In this document: in pieces, positions 1 to 7,131 of the stretch | How the letters are laid out: each line of letters starts with the position of its first letter | Numbering within the stretch: the stretch's first letter is position 1 | IMG/VR virus record: IMGVR_UViG_3300025871_000002 | Direction: 5' to 3' (one strand) | Origin: a virus | Length of the DNA stretch: 34,702 nucleotides | The notes under the pieces: generated by a model | The model's input: the letters and a program-made list of their open reading frames with translations, nothing else | Told to the model about the DNA's origin: nothing | Databases searched by the model: none | Position numbers and translations under genes: made by a program

Positions 1-127
1 CATTTATTGTTCCGCCCCAATAGGGCCACCTCTCCTGAGCCGCTCTGTTTATTTAAAACTATGCGAAGGCCAGCAGAATGTATAACAACCTGCCCATACA
101 ATCAGTCTTAGCGATATATATTCCCAA
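1..127. repeat. Left copy of an exact 127-bp terminal direct repeat (identical to 34576-34702)
   Basis: Read directly: catttattgttccgcccc...gcgatatatattcccaa is present at both contig ends. This indicates a circularly closed assembly or terminal redundancy. Unique length is 34575 bp. Confidence 0.95.
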
Positions 128-569
128 ACAGGGACTTATCCCTCAAGGGAAGTTTTGCCTTGTTGACGGCAAGCCTTCTTTTGTCGCTAATATGACCGCC
201 CGGAAGGAGTGGAAAAACTACTCCGGGTATTCTATCTCCAAGAGAATACTTGACGCGCTTCCCAGAGGCACACAAATAATCTACAAACGGGTTGATTTAA
301 ACCAATACTACATCTCCAACAAAAACAACTTTTACAAAAGAGGGGTGCTGGTGAAATACGGTTCACACAGCCAACTCGTGCTTCCACTCAAAAACTGGCT
401 TGTCAAAAGTGGTTCTTTTGATGAGCCCAGAAATTTGCCGGTTATTAACTTAGAAAATTGGCAGTCCCAAAACGAGAGTGCTAACGGAGTAGCAGTCAAC
501 CCGACTTTTACTCAATGGCAATCATCTTGGCAAAGACTGGCCCAAGAGTTTAGGAGTAAATATGCCTAA
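78..569 (+). CDS. Hypothetical protein (163 aa)
   Basis: Long + strand ORF, first gene after the largest wrap-around intergenic gap, overlapping the next gene by 8 nt. No motif recognised. Confidence 0.55.
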   Translation: MYNNLPIQSVLAIYIPKQGLIPQGKFCLVDGKPSFVANMTARKEWKNYSGYSISKRILDALPRGTQIIYKRVDLNQYYISNKNNFYKRGVLVKYGSHSQLVLPLKNWLVKSGSFDEPRNLPVINLENWQSQNESANGVAVNPTFTQWQSSWQRLAQEFRSKYA

Positions 570-1050
570 CAAGAACCACCAGAAACTTATTGCCTACCTG
601 CTCGGCTCAAGACAAGTAGCTTTTAACCCGATACTGGGAGAAATTGCAGGGTCAGCCCTTGCCGGGTTGTTACTCTCGCAACTTCTCTACTGGGATTCCA
701 AAAGACCGCAAAACGACAAGTGGTTTTACAAAACAATAAAAGAGCTTCAACAGGAGACTTGCCTTACCCGTTACGAGCAAGAAACCGCTATTAAAAAATT
801 AAAGAGTTTGAAACTTTTGGAAGTTAAATTACAAGGCGTTCCGGCAAGAAGATTTTTCCGCGTCAGTTTGGGGGAAACTTACAAACTAGTTTGTGGAAAA
901 GTAACAAACTGGTCTGTGGAAAAACAACAAACTATTACAGAGATTACTACAGAGATTACTACAGAGAAAGAAAAAATAAATAAAAGAAAAGTGGATGGGA
1001 TTGTGGATAACTACCGGGATGAGTTTTTTAGAAAACACTTAGTCGGTTAA
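562..1050 (+). CDS. Hypothetical protein, possibly a winged-helix DNA-binding or replication-organiser-like protein
   Basis: The segment AGLLLSQLLYW...WFYKTIKELQQETCLTRYEQETAIKKLKSLKLLEV resembles phage wHTH replisome-organiser N-domains (recollection only). It contains TEITTEITTE, encoded by a 12-bp tandem repeat at 937-966. Confidence 0.5.
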   Translation: MPNKNHQKLIAYLLGSRQVAFNPILGEIAGSALAGLLLSQLLYWDSKRPQNDKWFYKTIKELQQETCLTRYEQETAIKKLKSLKLLEVKLQGVPARRFFRVSLGETYKLVCGKVTNWSVEKQQTITEITTEITTEKEKINKRKVDGIVDNYRDEFFRKHLVG

Positions 1051-1057
1051 AAAACCT

Positions 1058-1249
1058 ATGTCTGATTTACAAGCACAACTGAAAAAAGCAAGGGAAAACT
1101 GGGTGAAGGCTGCTAAGAAAAACAGCGAGGCGGAAATGAAGATGTGGCAGAAATACGGCGAAATGATAAAGCGGGAAATCGCCAAGCGGATGGGAAAACC
1201 GGAAGAACTTGATTTATTAAAAATTTTTGACGGAAAGGAGATAAAATGA
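1058..1249 (+). CDS. Small K/E-rich helical protein (63 aa)
   Basis: ORF with an ATGA overlap to the next gene. Charged coiled-coil-like composition. Confidence 0.5.
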   Translation: MSDLQAQLKKARENWVKAAKKNSEAEMKMWQKYGEMIKREIAKRMGKPEELDLLKIFDGKEIK

Positions 1250-1875
1250 TAAACCGCAAAAAGTATCAAGGAAAAGGCAGGCCCCGGAAACAGGACTATT
1301 TCCCCTCCTGGCTAGGGATGGCGATCGCCATTATTATCGCCCTTATCTGCTTTCTCTTAGCGGTTTTCTTTAAGGGAGAGGAAAAGAGAAACGCCGCCTA
1401 CCAGGAATACCTGAACAGGGAAAAGAAAGACGGCTTTTTATCCCCTTTATCCGACCAACACGTCTTTCTGAACGAAAGGCTGGGGACAACCGCCAGTATT
1501 ATCAACCGAATTTTAGACCGCTACCATAGCCCGATGTACGGGATGGGCGACACTTTCGTCAACGCCGGAAGGCAATACAACATTGATCCGGTCTTGCTTT
1601 TTGCGGTAGCCGGGGTAGAGTCAACCTTCGGCCGTTTCGCCCCCCCCAATTACAACGCCTTCGGCTGGAACCACGGCAAGGTAGCCTTTAATTCTTACGG
1701 GGATGCAATCTATACGATTGCCTCAAAGATTGCCATCCTGGGCTATTACAAGGAATACCGCGCCAAAAAGACGGTGGTAAGTTTTGCCCGCGCCTATAAC
1801 AAACCATACTGGCAATCATACGTAGGCAAACTCCAGTGGTTTATTGATCTGTACCAGGAGGAGGAAATGAAATGA
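1246..1875 (+). CDS. Membrane-anchored murein hydrolase, glucosaminidase (GH73, lysozyme-fold)-like
   Basis: N-terminal basic stretch followed by a TM segment (WLGMAIAIIIALICFLLAVFF). The motif NIDPVLLFAVAGVESTFGRFAPPNYNAFGW matches the ES.(w/f)G...nN.FG pattern of mannosyl-glycoprotein endo-beta-N-acetylglucosaminidase / FlgJ-type domains. Confidence 0.65.
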   Translation: MINRKKYQGKGRPRKQDYFPSWLGMAIAIIIALICFLLAVFFKGEEKRNAAYQEYLNREKKDGFLSPLSDQHVFLNERLGTTASIINRILDRYHSPMYGMGDTFVNAGRQYNIDPVLLFAVAGVESTFGRFAPPNYNAFGWNHGKVAFNSYGDAIYTIASKIAILGYYKEYRAKKTVVSFARAYNKPYWQSYVGKLQWFIDLYQEEEMK

Positions 1876-2651
1876 AAACCTATAGATATAAATTCTTAAG
1901 AGAAGGCTTAAAAAGCGAAAATGGCAACACAAAGTGGACATTAGGCGAGTGGAAAAAGTTTAAGGGGAAATTAAAGATGTGTAAAAAAGGTTTCCATTGT
2001 TCAGTTGAACCAAGTGATGCTTTTAATTATATTAAAGGAGAATATTTAGCCTTAGTTGAAGTTAAGGGTAACAGCATAGTAGCAAAAGATAAAGAGGTTT
2101 GGTCGGAAATGAGAATAGTTAAGAAATGTAGATGGACAAAGGAAGATAATCTTCGGTTTGCTGTTTATTGTGCCGAACAGGTTTTAGATATTTATGAAGA
2201 GAAACACCCAACTGATAAAAGACCAAGACGGGCGATACAGGCCGCTAAAAGATATTTGAAAAGTCCGACCAAAAAAAATGCTGATGCGGCTTATGCGGCT
2301 TATGTAAGGGCTATTGCGGCGGCTCAGGATGCGGATACGGCGGGTTATGTGGCTTATACTGCGGATTATGCGAATTATGCGGTTCATGCATCGGATTATA
2401 CGGCTTATGCGGCTCGTGCATCGGCTTATGCGGCGGCTCAGGATGCGGATACGGCGGGTTATGTGGCTTATGTGGCGGCTTATGTGGCTCGTGCGGCTGA
2501 TGTGGATTATGCGACTCGTATGGCTTATGCGACTCATACAGCGACTCGTGCATCGTATTATGCGACTTATACATCGAATTATGCGGGTATGACTAAAAAA
2601 ATACAAACTTACTTTAGAAAGATAGCAAAAGAAAAACTAAAACTTAAATGA
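1872..2651 (+). CDS. Three-part protein: DUF7666-like N-domain, Imm5-like helical core, and a long Ala/Tyr/Asp period-3 repeat
   Basis: N-terminus: [32 protein letters not shown]...[13 protein letters not shown] (C..GFH...vev.G...dK pattern). Core: [35 protein letters not shown] (CAE.VL..fe..P.D.RPR.AI.aa pattern of Imm5-like putative immunity proteins). About 100 aa of A-A-x triplets follow. The C-terminus [15 protein letters not shown] is shared with the 3095..3376 protein. Confidence 0.7.
   Translation: MKTYRYKFLREGLKSENGNTKWTLGEWKKFKGKLKMCKKGFHCSVEPSDAFNYIKGEYLALVEVKGNSIVAKDKEVWSEMRIVKKCRWTKEDNLRFAVYCAEQVLDIYEEKHPTDKRPRRAIQAAKRYLKSPTKKNADAAYAAYVRAIAAAQDADTAGYVAYTADYANYAVHASDYTAYAARASAYAAAQDADTAGYVAYVAAYVARAADVDYATRMAYATHTATRASYYATYTSNYAGMTKKIQTYFRKIAKEKLKLK
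2281..2580 (+). repeat. Degenerate 9-bp (GCN-GCN-KAT) codon-periodic tract with an exact 42-bp internal duplication
   Basis: gcggcggctcaggatgcggatacggcgggttatgtggcttat occurs at 2316-2357 and again at 2430-2471. The tract is open in several frames on both strands, which generates the shadow ORFs 2184..2606(-), 2311..2574(-) and 2314..2592(+). Confidence 0.9.
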
Positions 2652-2655
2652 AAAC

Positions 2656-2680
2656 CAAAAGATTAAAAAACTGAAAGGAG
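2656..2680 (+). repeat. Gene-junction repeat copy 1 (caaaagattaaaaaactgaaaggag), an orphan gene-end remnant carrying the SD of the next gene
   Basis: 25/25 identical to 3825-3849. The 22-nt core aagattaaaaaactgaaaggag also occurs at 2841-2862. Here it lies just after the stop of 1872..2651 and supplies the GGAGG for ATG 2685. Confidence 0.85.
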
Positions 2681-2684
2681 GGAT

Positions 2685-2867
2685 ATGTTAGAAAAAGATA
2701 GATGGTATAAAAAGTTGCGGGAAATTTCTAAAACTGAAGTAAAAATTGACACTTGCGGAAGATATGCCGAGTGGTATTTTAATGACCTTTATCTTTTAAT
2801 AAACGACTTATTAAACGAGCTTGAATTTAAACTTAATTCTAAGATTAAAAAACTGAAAGGAGAATAA
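2685..2867 (+). CDS. Small hypothetical protein (60 aa) ending ...NSKIKKLKGE
   Basis: SD ggaggg lies 4 nt upstream. The C-terminus is encoded by junction repeat copy 2. The C-terminal part is paralogous to residues ...SELNQKIKKLKGE of the 3546..3947 protein. Confidence 0.55.
   Translation: MLEKDRWYKKLREISKTEVKIDTCGRYAEWYFNDLYLLINDLLNELEFKLNSKIKKLKGE
2841..2862 (+). repeat. Gene-junction repeat copy 2 (aagattaaaaaactgaaaggag)
   Basis: Exact 22-nt match to 2659-2680 and 3828-3849. It encodes KIKKLKGE and contains the SD for ATG 2871. Confidence 0.85.
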
Positions 2868-2870
2868 TAA

Positions 2871-3092
2871 ATGGAAACAAACGAATTAAATGAAAAATTG
2901 GCTAAATTGGGAGTTAAACGATTTGTGCGAAATGTAGCTCTCCAAACGATGAAGGAATACAGCGGTAAGCCAGAAAAAACGGAAGAAGCACTAAAAGAAA
3001 TAAACGTAAGACTCTTGGAGCAATTTAAACTCTTAGCCAATGAAGAAATAGATGAATTGATGGCACAAATGGCAGAGAAACTGAAAGGATAA
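2871..3092 (+). CDS. Small hypothetical helical protein (73 aa) ending ...EKLKG
   Basis: ORF with an SD. Its 3' end (aaactgaaagga, 3078-3089) is a partial fourth copy of the junction repeat. Confidence 0.5.
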   Translation: METNELNEKLAKLGVKRFVRNVALQTMKEYSGKPEKTEEALKEINVRLLEQFKLLANEEIDELMAQMAEKLKG

Positions 3093-3094
3093 AA

Positions 3095-3376
3095 ATGAAA
3101 AAGAAAGAATTGATTAAACTAGGATTTGATAAGACTTTTGCGGCTTATAAAGCTGATGTGGATTATGCGGCTCGTGCGGCGGCTCATGCGGCGGCCTATG
3201 CGGCTTATGCGGCTGATGCGGCTGATGCGGCTGATGCGGCTTATGCGGCTGATGCGGCTGATGCGGCTTATGCGGCTTATGCGGCTGATGCGGCGATGAT
3301 TAAAAAGATACAAAAATACTTTGTTAAGTTAGTCAAAGAATTAAAACCTTATCAAAAAGGAAAGTGGGTAAAATGA
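3095..3376 (+). CDS. Short Ala-Ala-(Tyr/Asp) repeat protein, paralog of the C-terminal half of the 1872..2651 protein
   Basis: Sequence [45 protein letters not shown] followed by MIKKIQKYFVKLVKE (compare [15 protein letters not shown]). Confidence 0.65.
   Translation: MKKKELIKLGFDKTFAAYKADVDYAARAAAHAAAYAAYAADAADAADAAYAADAADAAYAAYAADAAMIKKIQKYFVKLVKELKPYQKGKWVK
3200..3289 (+). repeat. Ten perfect tandem 9-bp units gcggct(t/g)at
   Basis: Counted codon by codon: units end in tat or gat in the order Y D D D Y D D Y Y D. This produces the minus-strand shadow ORF 3119..3313. Confidence 0.95.
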
Positions 3377-3549
3377 ATTTTTTATATGAGTATATTCCAA
3401 AAGTTGAGGATGTTCGTAAACATATTCAAGAGTGTGAAGGTAAGCATACTCAACAGGCGATTTATTCTACCTTCCACGATGCTCTAACGCAAGTGTGCTT
3501 TGGTTGTCAGAAAGTAAGAAGCACTATTTATTTAAAGGAGGCGAAATGA
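3373..3549 (+). CDS. Small Cys/His-containing protein (58 aa), paralog A
   Basis: ATGA overlap with the upstream stop. The segment VEDVRKHIQECEGKHTQQAIYSTFHDALTQVCFGCQKVRSTIYLKE is near-identical to the product of 3964..4140. Confidence 0.65.
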   Translation: MNFLYEYIPKVEDVRKHIQECEGKHTQQAIYSTFHDALTQVCFGCQKVRSTIYLKEAK

Positions 3550-3947
3550 AAACCCTAAAAGAATTTGAAAAGGAATTTGATAAAAAGTTTGCTGATCTTG
3601 GAGTTGATGGAAATTTGTATGTTAATGAAAGGTTACGAAATATTAAATCCTTCTTTCGTTCCTATCTTGAGAAAGCGCTGGAGGAACTAAAGATGTGGAA
3701 ATGGAAGGATATTAAAACGCCATTGGGAGTTTGTAAAAGAAAATATTTAACAATGAAAGGGATTAGGGGAGATTTAGACGAAGTTTTTGATTGCGGTTAC
3801 AACCAAGCCGTTTCCGAATTAAATCAAAAGATTAAAAAACTGAAAGGAGAAAGAAATGGCAGAACTGGTTGTGATGATAAGAAAAGAAAACCAAGAGTTG
3901 ATGTTCTATCAAGTCTAAAGCAAGTTAGTGTTACTAAAGAAAGATAG
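3546..3947 (+). CDS. Hypothetical protein (133 aa) containing an internal ...NQKIKKLKGE junction motif
   Basis: Start chosen at ATG 3546 (SD aggagg, ATGA overlap). The reading frame runs through junction repeat copy 3 without a stop and gains a basic 32-aa tail. Confidence 0.5.
   Translation: MKTLKEFEKEFDKKFADLGVDGNLYVNERLRNIKSFFRSYLEKALEELKMWKWKDIKTPLGVCKRKYLTMKGIRGDLDEVFDCGYNQAVSELNQKIKKLKGERNGRTGCDDKKRKPRVDVLSSLKQVSVTKER
3825..3849 (+). repeat. Gene-junction repeat copy 3
   Basis: 25/25 identical to 2656-2680. In this copy no stop codon follows. Confidence 0.85.
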
Positions 3948-3963
3948 TAAAGGAGAAAACAAA

Positions 3964-4140
3964 ATGGAATTTCAATACGAACATTTAAAAACAGTTGAGG
4001 AGGTTAGAAAGCATATTCAGGAGTGCGAAGGGAGACATACCCAACAAGCAATTTATTCCACCTTCCACGATGCTTTGACTCAAGTGTGTTTTGGTTGCAA
4101 GAAGATAAGAAGCACAATTTATTTGAAGGAGGAGAAATGA
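3964..4140 (+). CDS. Small Cys/His-containing protein (58 aa), paralog B
   Basis: SD aaaggag. The protein MEFQYEHLKTVEEVRKHIQECEGRHTQQAIYSTFHDALTQVCFGCKKIRSTIYLKEEK duplicates the product of 3373..3549. Confidence 0.65.
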   Translation: MEFQYEHLKTVEEVRKHIQECEGRHTQQAIYSTFHDALTQVCFGCKKIRSTIYLKEEK

Positions 4141-4361
4141 TTGGAACTACCATTGAATTACCTGATTGCCAAAAAGGACAACATCATTTTGAAGTAGAGA
4201 ATGTTTTAGTCTATGGCGGGGTATATGTTATCTGTCGGAAATGCGGTGAAGTTTTGTTTAAAGAATTAAGTAATCCCAACCGACAAAAGTTTGTTTTTGA
4301 AGGAAGTGCTGGTGGCGACCCGAATAATCCATTTCCACTTAAAAGAAAGGAGAAAAAATGA
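4137..4361 (+). CDS. Small protein with a C...H / CxxC zinc-ribbon-like motif (74 aa)
   Basis: ATG 4137 overlaps the upstream stop (ATGA) and follows SD ggagga. Motif: CQKGQHH...CRKCGE. Confidence 0.5.
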   Translation: MIGTTIELPDCQKGQHHFEVENVLVYGGVYVICRKCGEVLFKELSNPNRQKFVFEGSAGGDPNNPFPLKRKEKK

Positions 4362-4392
4362 CCTACCCTATCCGAAAATTTATTGAGAAGAT

Positions 4393-4722
4393 ATGAAGAC
4401 TTTTAAAAAATACGGAGTTAACCACACCTGTTATGGAAATATTGTAACCACAGATGGGAAGTGGCAGTGTATTGTTTGTGGACAAATTTATACAGCAAGA
4501 AATGAAGATTGGCCTAATTGTTTTATTTTAGAAGAACCGCTTTTCGAAAATGATTTATCTCTAAAGTGTCCTGTTTGTGGAGCAAAAGAGACTAACCAGT
4601 TGGGATTACCAGAATTGGCTGGGTATGTCGGGGGCTGGGTTACTTGCTCTAAATGTAAAGCAAAATTCGTAATACTGGCAAACTTAAATGAAATTAAAAA
4701 GAAAAAGAAGGTTGCGCGATAA
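4393..4722 (+). CDS. Multi-zinc-ribbon protein (109 aa)
   Basis: CxxC pairs CIVCG, CPVCG and CSKCK, plus additional single Cys residues. Confidence 0.6.
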   Translation: MKTFKKYGVNHTCYGNIVTTDGKWQCIVCGQIYTARNEDWPNCFILEEPLFENDLSLKCPVCGAKETNQLGLPELAGYVGGWVTCSKCKAKFVILANLNEIKKKKKVAR

Positions 4723-4734
4723 CTTGCAGGATAA

Positions 4735-4917
4735 TTGCGGGATATGAACCTAGAAAGATTGAGAGAAATATACAAGCCGATAAAAGCACCCGCGGCTGAT
4801 GTTTGGGGGAGGAGGACAGCGACCCCCGGAGAGATAAGCCGGGCATTAAAAAACGAGGTCAGTTATGACGACTACCCGCCGACAGAAGCAGACATCAAGG
4901 ATAAAAACGACCGATGA
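4735..4917 (+). CDS. Hypothetical protein (60 aa)
   Basis: ORF only. It overlaps the next ORF by 53 nt, so the boundaries are uncertain. Confidence 0.35.
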   Translation: MRDMNLERLREIYKPIKAPAADVWGRRTATPGEISRALKNEVSYDDYPPTEADIKDKNDR

Positions 4918-5068
4918 CGGCTCTTTTTGCTCCGGGTGCGGGAAAAAGTTGATAGAAGGGGAATGCAACGCCATTATTACCCTTCAGGGCGGGTCAATTT
5001 GTTTTGACTGCCTGATGAAAAAGAAAAAGGAAAAGAATGAGCAAGACACAACAAAGTTTAAGTTTTAA
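4865..5068 (+). CDS. Zinc-ribbon protein (67 aa)
   Basis: CSGCG...CFDC followed by a Lys-rich tail. The start is uncertain. Confidence 0.4.
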   Translation: MTTTRRQKQTSRIKTTDDGSFCSGCGKKLIEGECNAIITLQGGSICFDCLMKKKKEKNEQDTTKFKF

Positions 5069-5139
5069 TCATTTGGACTATTGTCCAATTTGTAAGAAAG
5101 GAAAAGCCAACAAAAAGTGTTGTTTTTGCAAGCCGAAGA

Positions 5140-5526
5140 ATGAGAAAGTTAACCTCAAAACAAAGAGAGTTCATTAAACAAAAATTGGAGAATCCCGGGA
5201 TAAGCAATTCGAGGGCAGCGATTGCGGCGGGGTATAGCCCAAATACTGCAAAGAACGCCTTAAAGAATATCATTGAAAATCGTGGCACGCAAAAGTTTAT
5301 TGAAAGACTAGCAAACGATGACGTGCTAGCTTTCAAACTAAACGAGGGGTTGGAGGCTTATCGGGTAGATATAACCGGGGACAAGCAGCCGGATTTTAAA
5401 ACGAGGTTGGAATATATCCGGGAGATGCTGGGGCTGAAAGGTTACAAAACCGAACCCCCCAATCTCAACCAGGTAAATGTTGATATGAATTTAGAATTTA
5501 TTGGTAAAGATGAAAGTAGTACTTAG
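5140..5526 (+). CDS. terS: Terminase small subunit
   Basis: LTSKQREFIKQKLENPGISNSRAAIAAGYSPNTAKNALKNI is the typical N-terminal HTH of small terminases. The gene lies immediately upstream of, and overlaps, the large terminase. Confidence 0.7.
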   Translation: MRKLTSKQREFIKQKLENPGISNSRAAIAAGYSPNTAKNALKNIIENRGTQKFIERLANDDVLAFKLNEGLEAYRVDITGDKQPDFKTRLEYIREMLGLKGYKTEPPNLNQVNVDMNLEFIGKDESST

Positions 5527-6811
5527 CCCATGGCAACTGGAAGTCGCAAGGGATTCCCACCGCTTCAGAATTGTTTGCTCCGGCAGACGGAGTGGCAAGT
5601 CGGTTCTAAGCCGGCTGGTGGTATTGAAGTGGGCGTTGGAGAATCCCGGTCTGTATTGGATTGTTTCACCAAGTTATCGGCAGGCCAAGATGATCCATTG
5701 GCGGGAATTGCAAAAGGAGATTCCTTATGGATGGATTAGGAGTAAAAATGAAGTTGAACTTTCTATCACCCTTAAAAACGGCAGCGTTATTAGCCTTAAA
5801 GGAGCTGAGAACCCAGATGCGCTTAGAGGCGTTAAACTGCGGGGTCTGGTTATTGACGAGATTGCTTCTATCCGCAACTGGGAATGGCTTTGGCCGGAAG
5901 TCCTACGTCCTACACTTACGGATTATGCCGCACCTGTCATGTTCATTTCTACGCCCAAGGGCTACAATCACTTCTACAATTTGTACCAGCAAGGGCAAGG
6001 TGATGACCCACAATATAAATCTTGGCGGTTTACGTCATACGATAACCCCTATGTAAGCAAGGAGGAATTAGACAATGCGAAAAAAGAACTTACGGAAGAC
6101 ACCTTCGCCCAGGAGTACCTGGCCGACTTTAGGAAGTACACAGGCCTGGTCTACAAGGAGTTCCAAAGGGAAATCCATGTTATTGAACCGTTTGATATTC
6201 CGGAAAGCTGGAGTATCTATCGGGGAATTGACTTCGGATCAACTAACCCTACGGCATGCCTGTGGGTTGCGGTTGATAATGATGAAAACTGGTTTATTTA
6301 TGACGAACATTACCAAACGGGACAAACGATTGATTACCATGCGGGAGTCATTAACTCTCGGACCAGGAGAAACGTTACAGCTACCTATGGGGACCCAAGC
6401 GGCGCCCAGTGGATTAACGAGTTCGCCCAAAGGGGAATCTACATCACCCCGGCCACCAAAGAAGTCGGTACCAGCTTCAACTCCTGGGTTAGGTTCGGTA
6501 TCGAGAAAGTCAGCGAAAAACTTAAAGCTATCCCCGGCAGAATTGTGCCAAGTGTGCCGGCAAAGCCCAAGCTGCCAAGCCTTTTTGTCTTTTCCGGCTG
6601 CGAAAACACCATTAGGGAATTTGAAACCTACCGTTGGAAAGAAAAAAGCGTCAGCCGGGCGCAGGATCTAAACGAACCGGATGTGCCGGAGAAGGCCAAC
6701 GATCATCTTATGGACTGCACAAGATATATCGCGGTCAGTTACCAGAAGAAGGGGGAGGAGATTGTCCTTCCTGATGACACCATATTATTTAAAGAAAACG
6801 GCTTTTACTAG
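5510..6811 (+). CDS. terL: Terminase large subunit
   Basis: Walker A CSGRRSGKS, Walker B LRGLVIDEIA, and nuclease acidic motifs GIDFGSTNPTA and NDHLMDCTRY. ATG 5510 is preferred over the track's TTG 5501. Confidence 0.92.
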   Translation: MKVVLSPWQLEVARDSHRFRIVCSGRRSGKSVLSRLVVLKWALENPGLYWIVSPSYRQAKMIHWRELQKEIPYGWIRSKNEVELSITLKNGSVISLKGAENPDALRGVKLRGLVIDEIASIRNWEWLWPEVLRPTLTDYAAPVMFISTPKGYNHFYNLYQQGQGDDPQYKSWRFTSYDNPYVSKEELDNAKKELTEDTFAQEYLADFRKYTGLVYKEFQREIHVIEPFDIPESWSIYRGIDFGSTNPTACLWVAVDNDENWFIYDEHYQTGQTIDYHAGVINSRTRRNVTATYGDPSGAQWINEFAQRGIYITPATKEVGTSFNSWVRFGIEKVSEKLKAIPGRIVPSVPAKPKLPSLFVFSGCENTIREFETYRWKEKSVSRAQDLNEPDVPEKANDHLMDCTRYIAVSYQKKGEEIVLPDDTILFKENGFY

Positions 6812-6840
6812 AAATCTAAAACGAAGGGAGGTGAAAAAAG

Positions 6841-7095
6841 ATGCGAGATTCACAAAAAACACAAGCCTTGTTTGACAAAGCGGTTGAGGACATGGACCAA
6901 GCGTTGTCGACTGGCGGAGTGGTTGACAAGTATCTTATGGAGATCGCCCTCAAGGCGTTTCTAGGCCACATTAAGATTAAGAACTACGAAGTCAGAGAAG
7001 ATGCCTTGAAGTTTGTCGTAAACAAGCATTTAACCGAGAACATTGAAGAATTGAAAAAGATTCTTCCGAAGACCTTGCCTGGGTATTGCAGGTAA
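6841..7095 (+). CDS. Hypothetical protein (84 aa)
   Basis: ORF preceded by SD gggaggtga. Helical composition. Confidence 0.5.
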   Translation: MRDSQKTQALFDKAVEDMDQALSTGGVVDKYLMEIALKAFLGHIKIKNYEVREDALKFVVNKHLTENIEELKKILPKTLPGYCR

Positions 7096-7131
7096 GATTT
7101 TAAATTATAAAATGAAAAGAGGTGAAGATAA

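Noticed and set aside
937-966. 12-bp tandem repeat acagagattact x2.5, encoding TEITTEITTE
   Set aside because: The repeat is real but short and in frame within a linker of the 562..1050 protein. It is probably a simple slippage product without independent function.
2184-2606. Minus-strand ORFs 2184..2606 and 2311..2574, the alternative + frame 2314..2592, and 3119..3313(-), which give Arg/Ile/Ser- or His/Pro-rich repeat peptides
   Set aside because: They are by-products of the GCN-GCN-KAT codon repeat, which lacks stops in several frames. Only the Ala-rich + frame has a proper start, an SD, non-repeat flanking domains and coupling to neighbouring genes.
5073-5177. 34-codon TTG-initiated mini-ORF (LDYCPICKKGKANKKCCFCKPKNEKVNLKTKRVH) overlapping the start of terS
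   Set aside because: The CxxC...CxxC pattern is tempting and matches the many zinc ribbons nearby. However, the ORF has a non-ATG start, no SD and a 38-nt overlap with terS, so it is too weak to call.
5530-6875. Alternative + frame ORFs inside the large terminase gene (5530..5739, 5727..6056, 6075..6671, 6681..6875)
   Set aside because: They lie wholly within or run out of terL, whose frame carries Walker A/B and nuclease motifs. Their translations are low-complexity R/S/P/L-rich.
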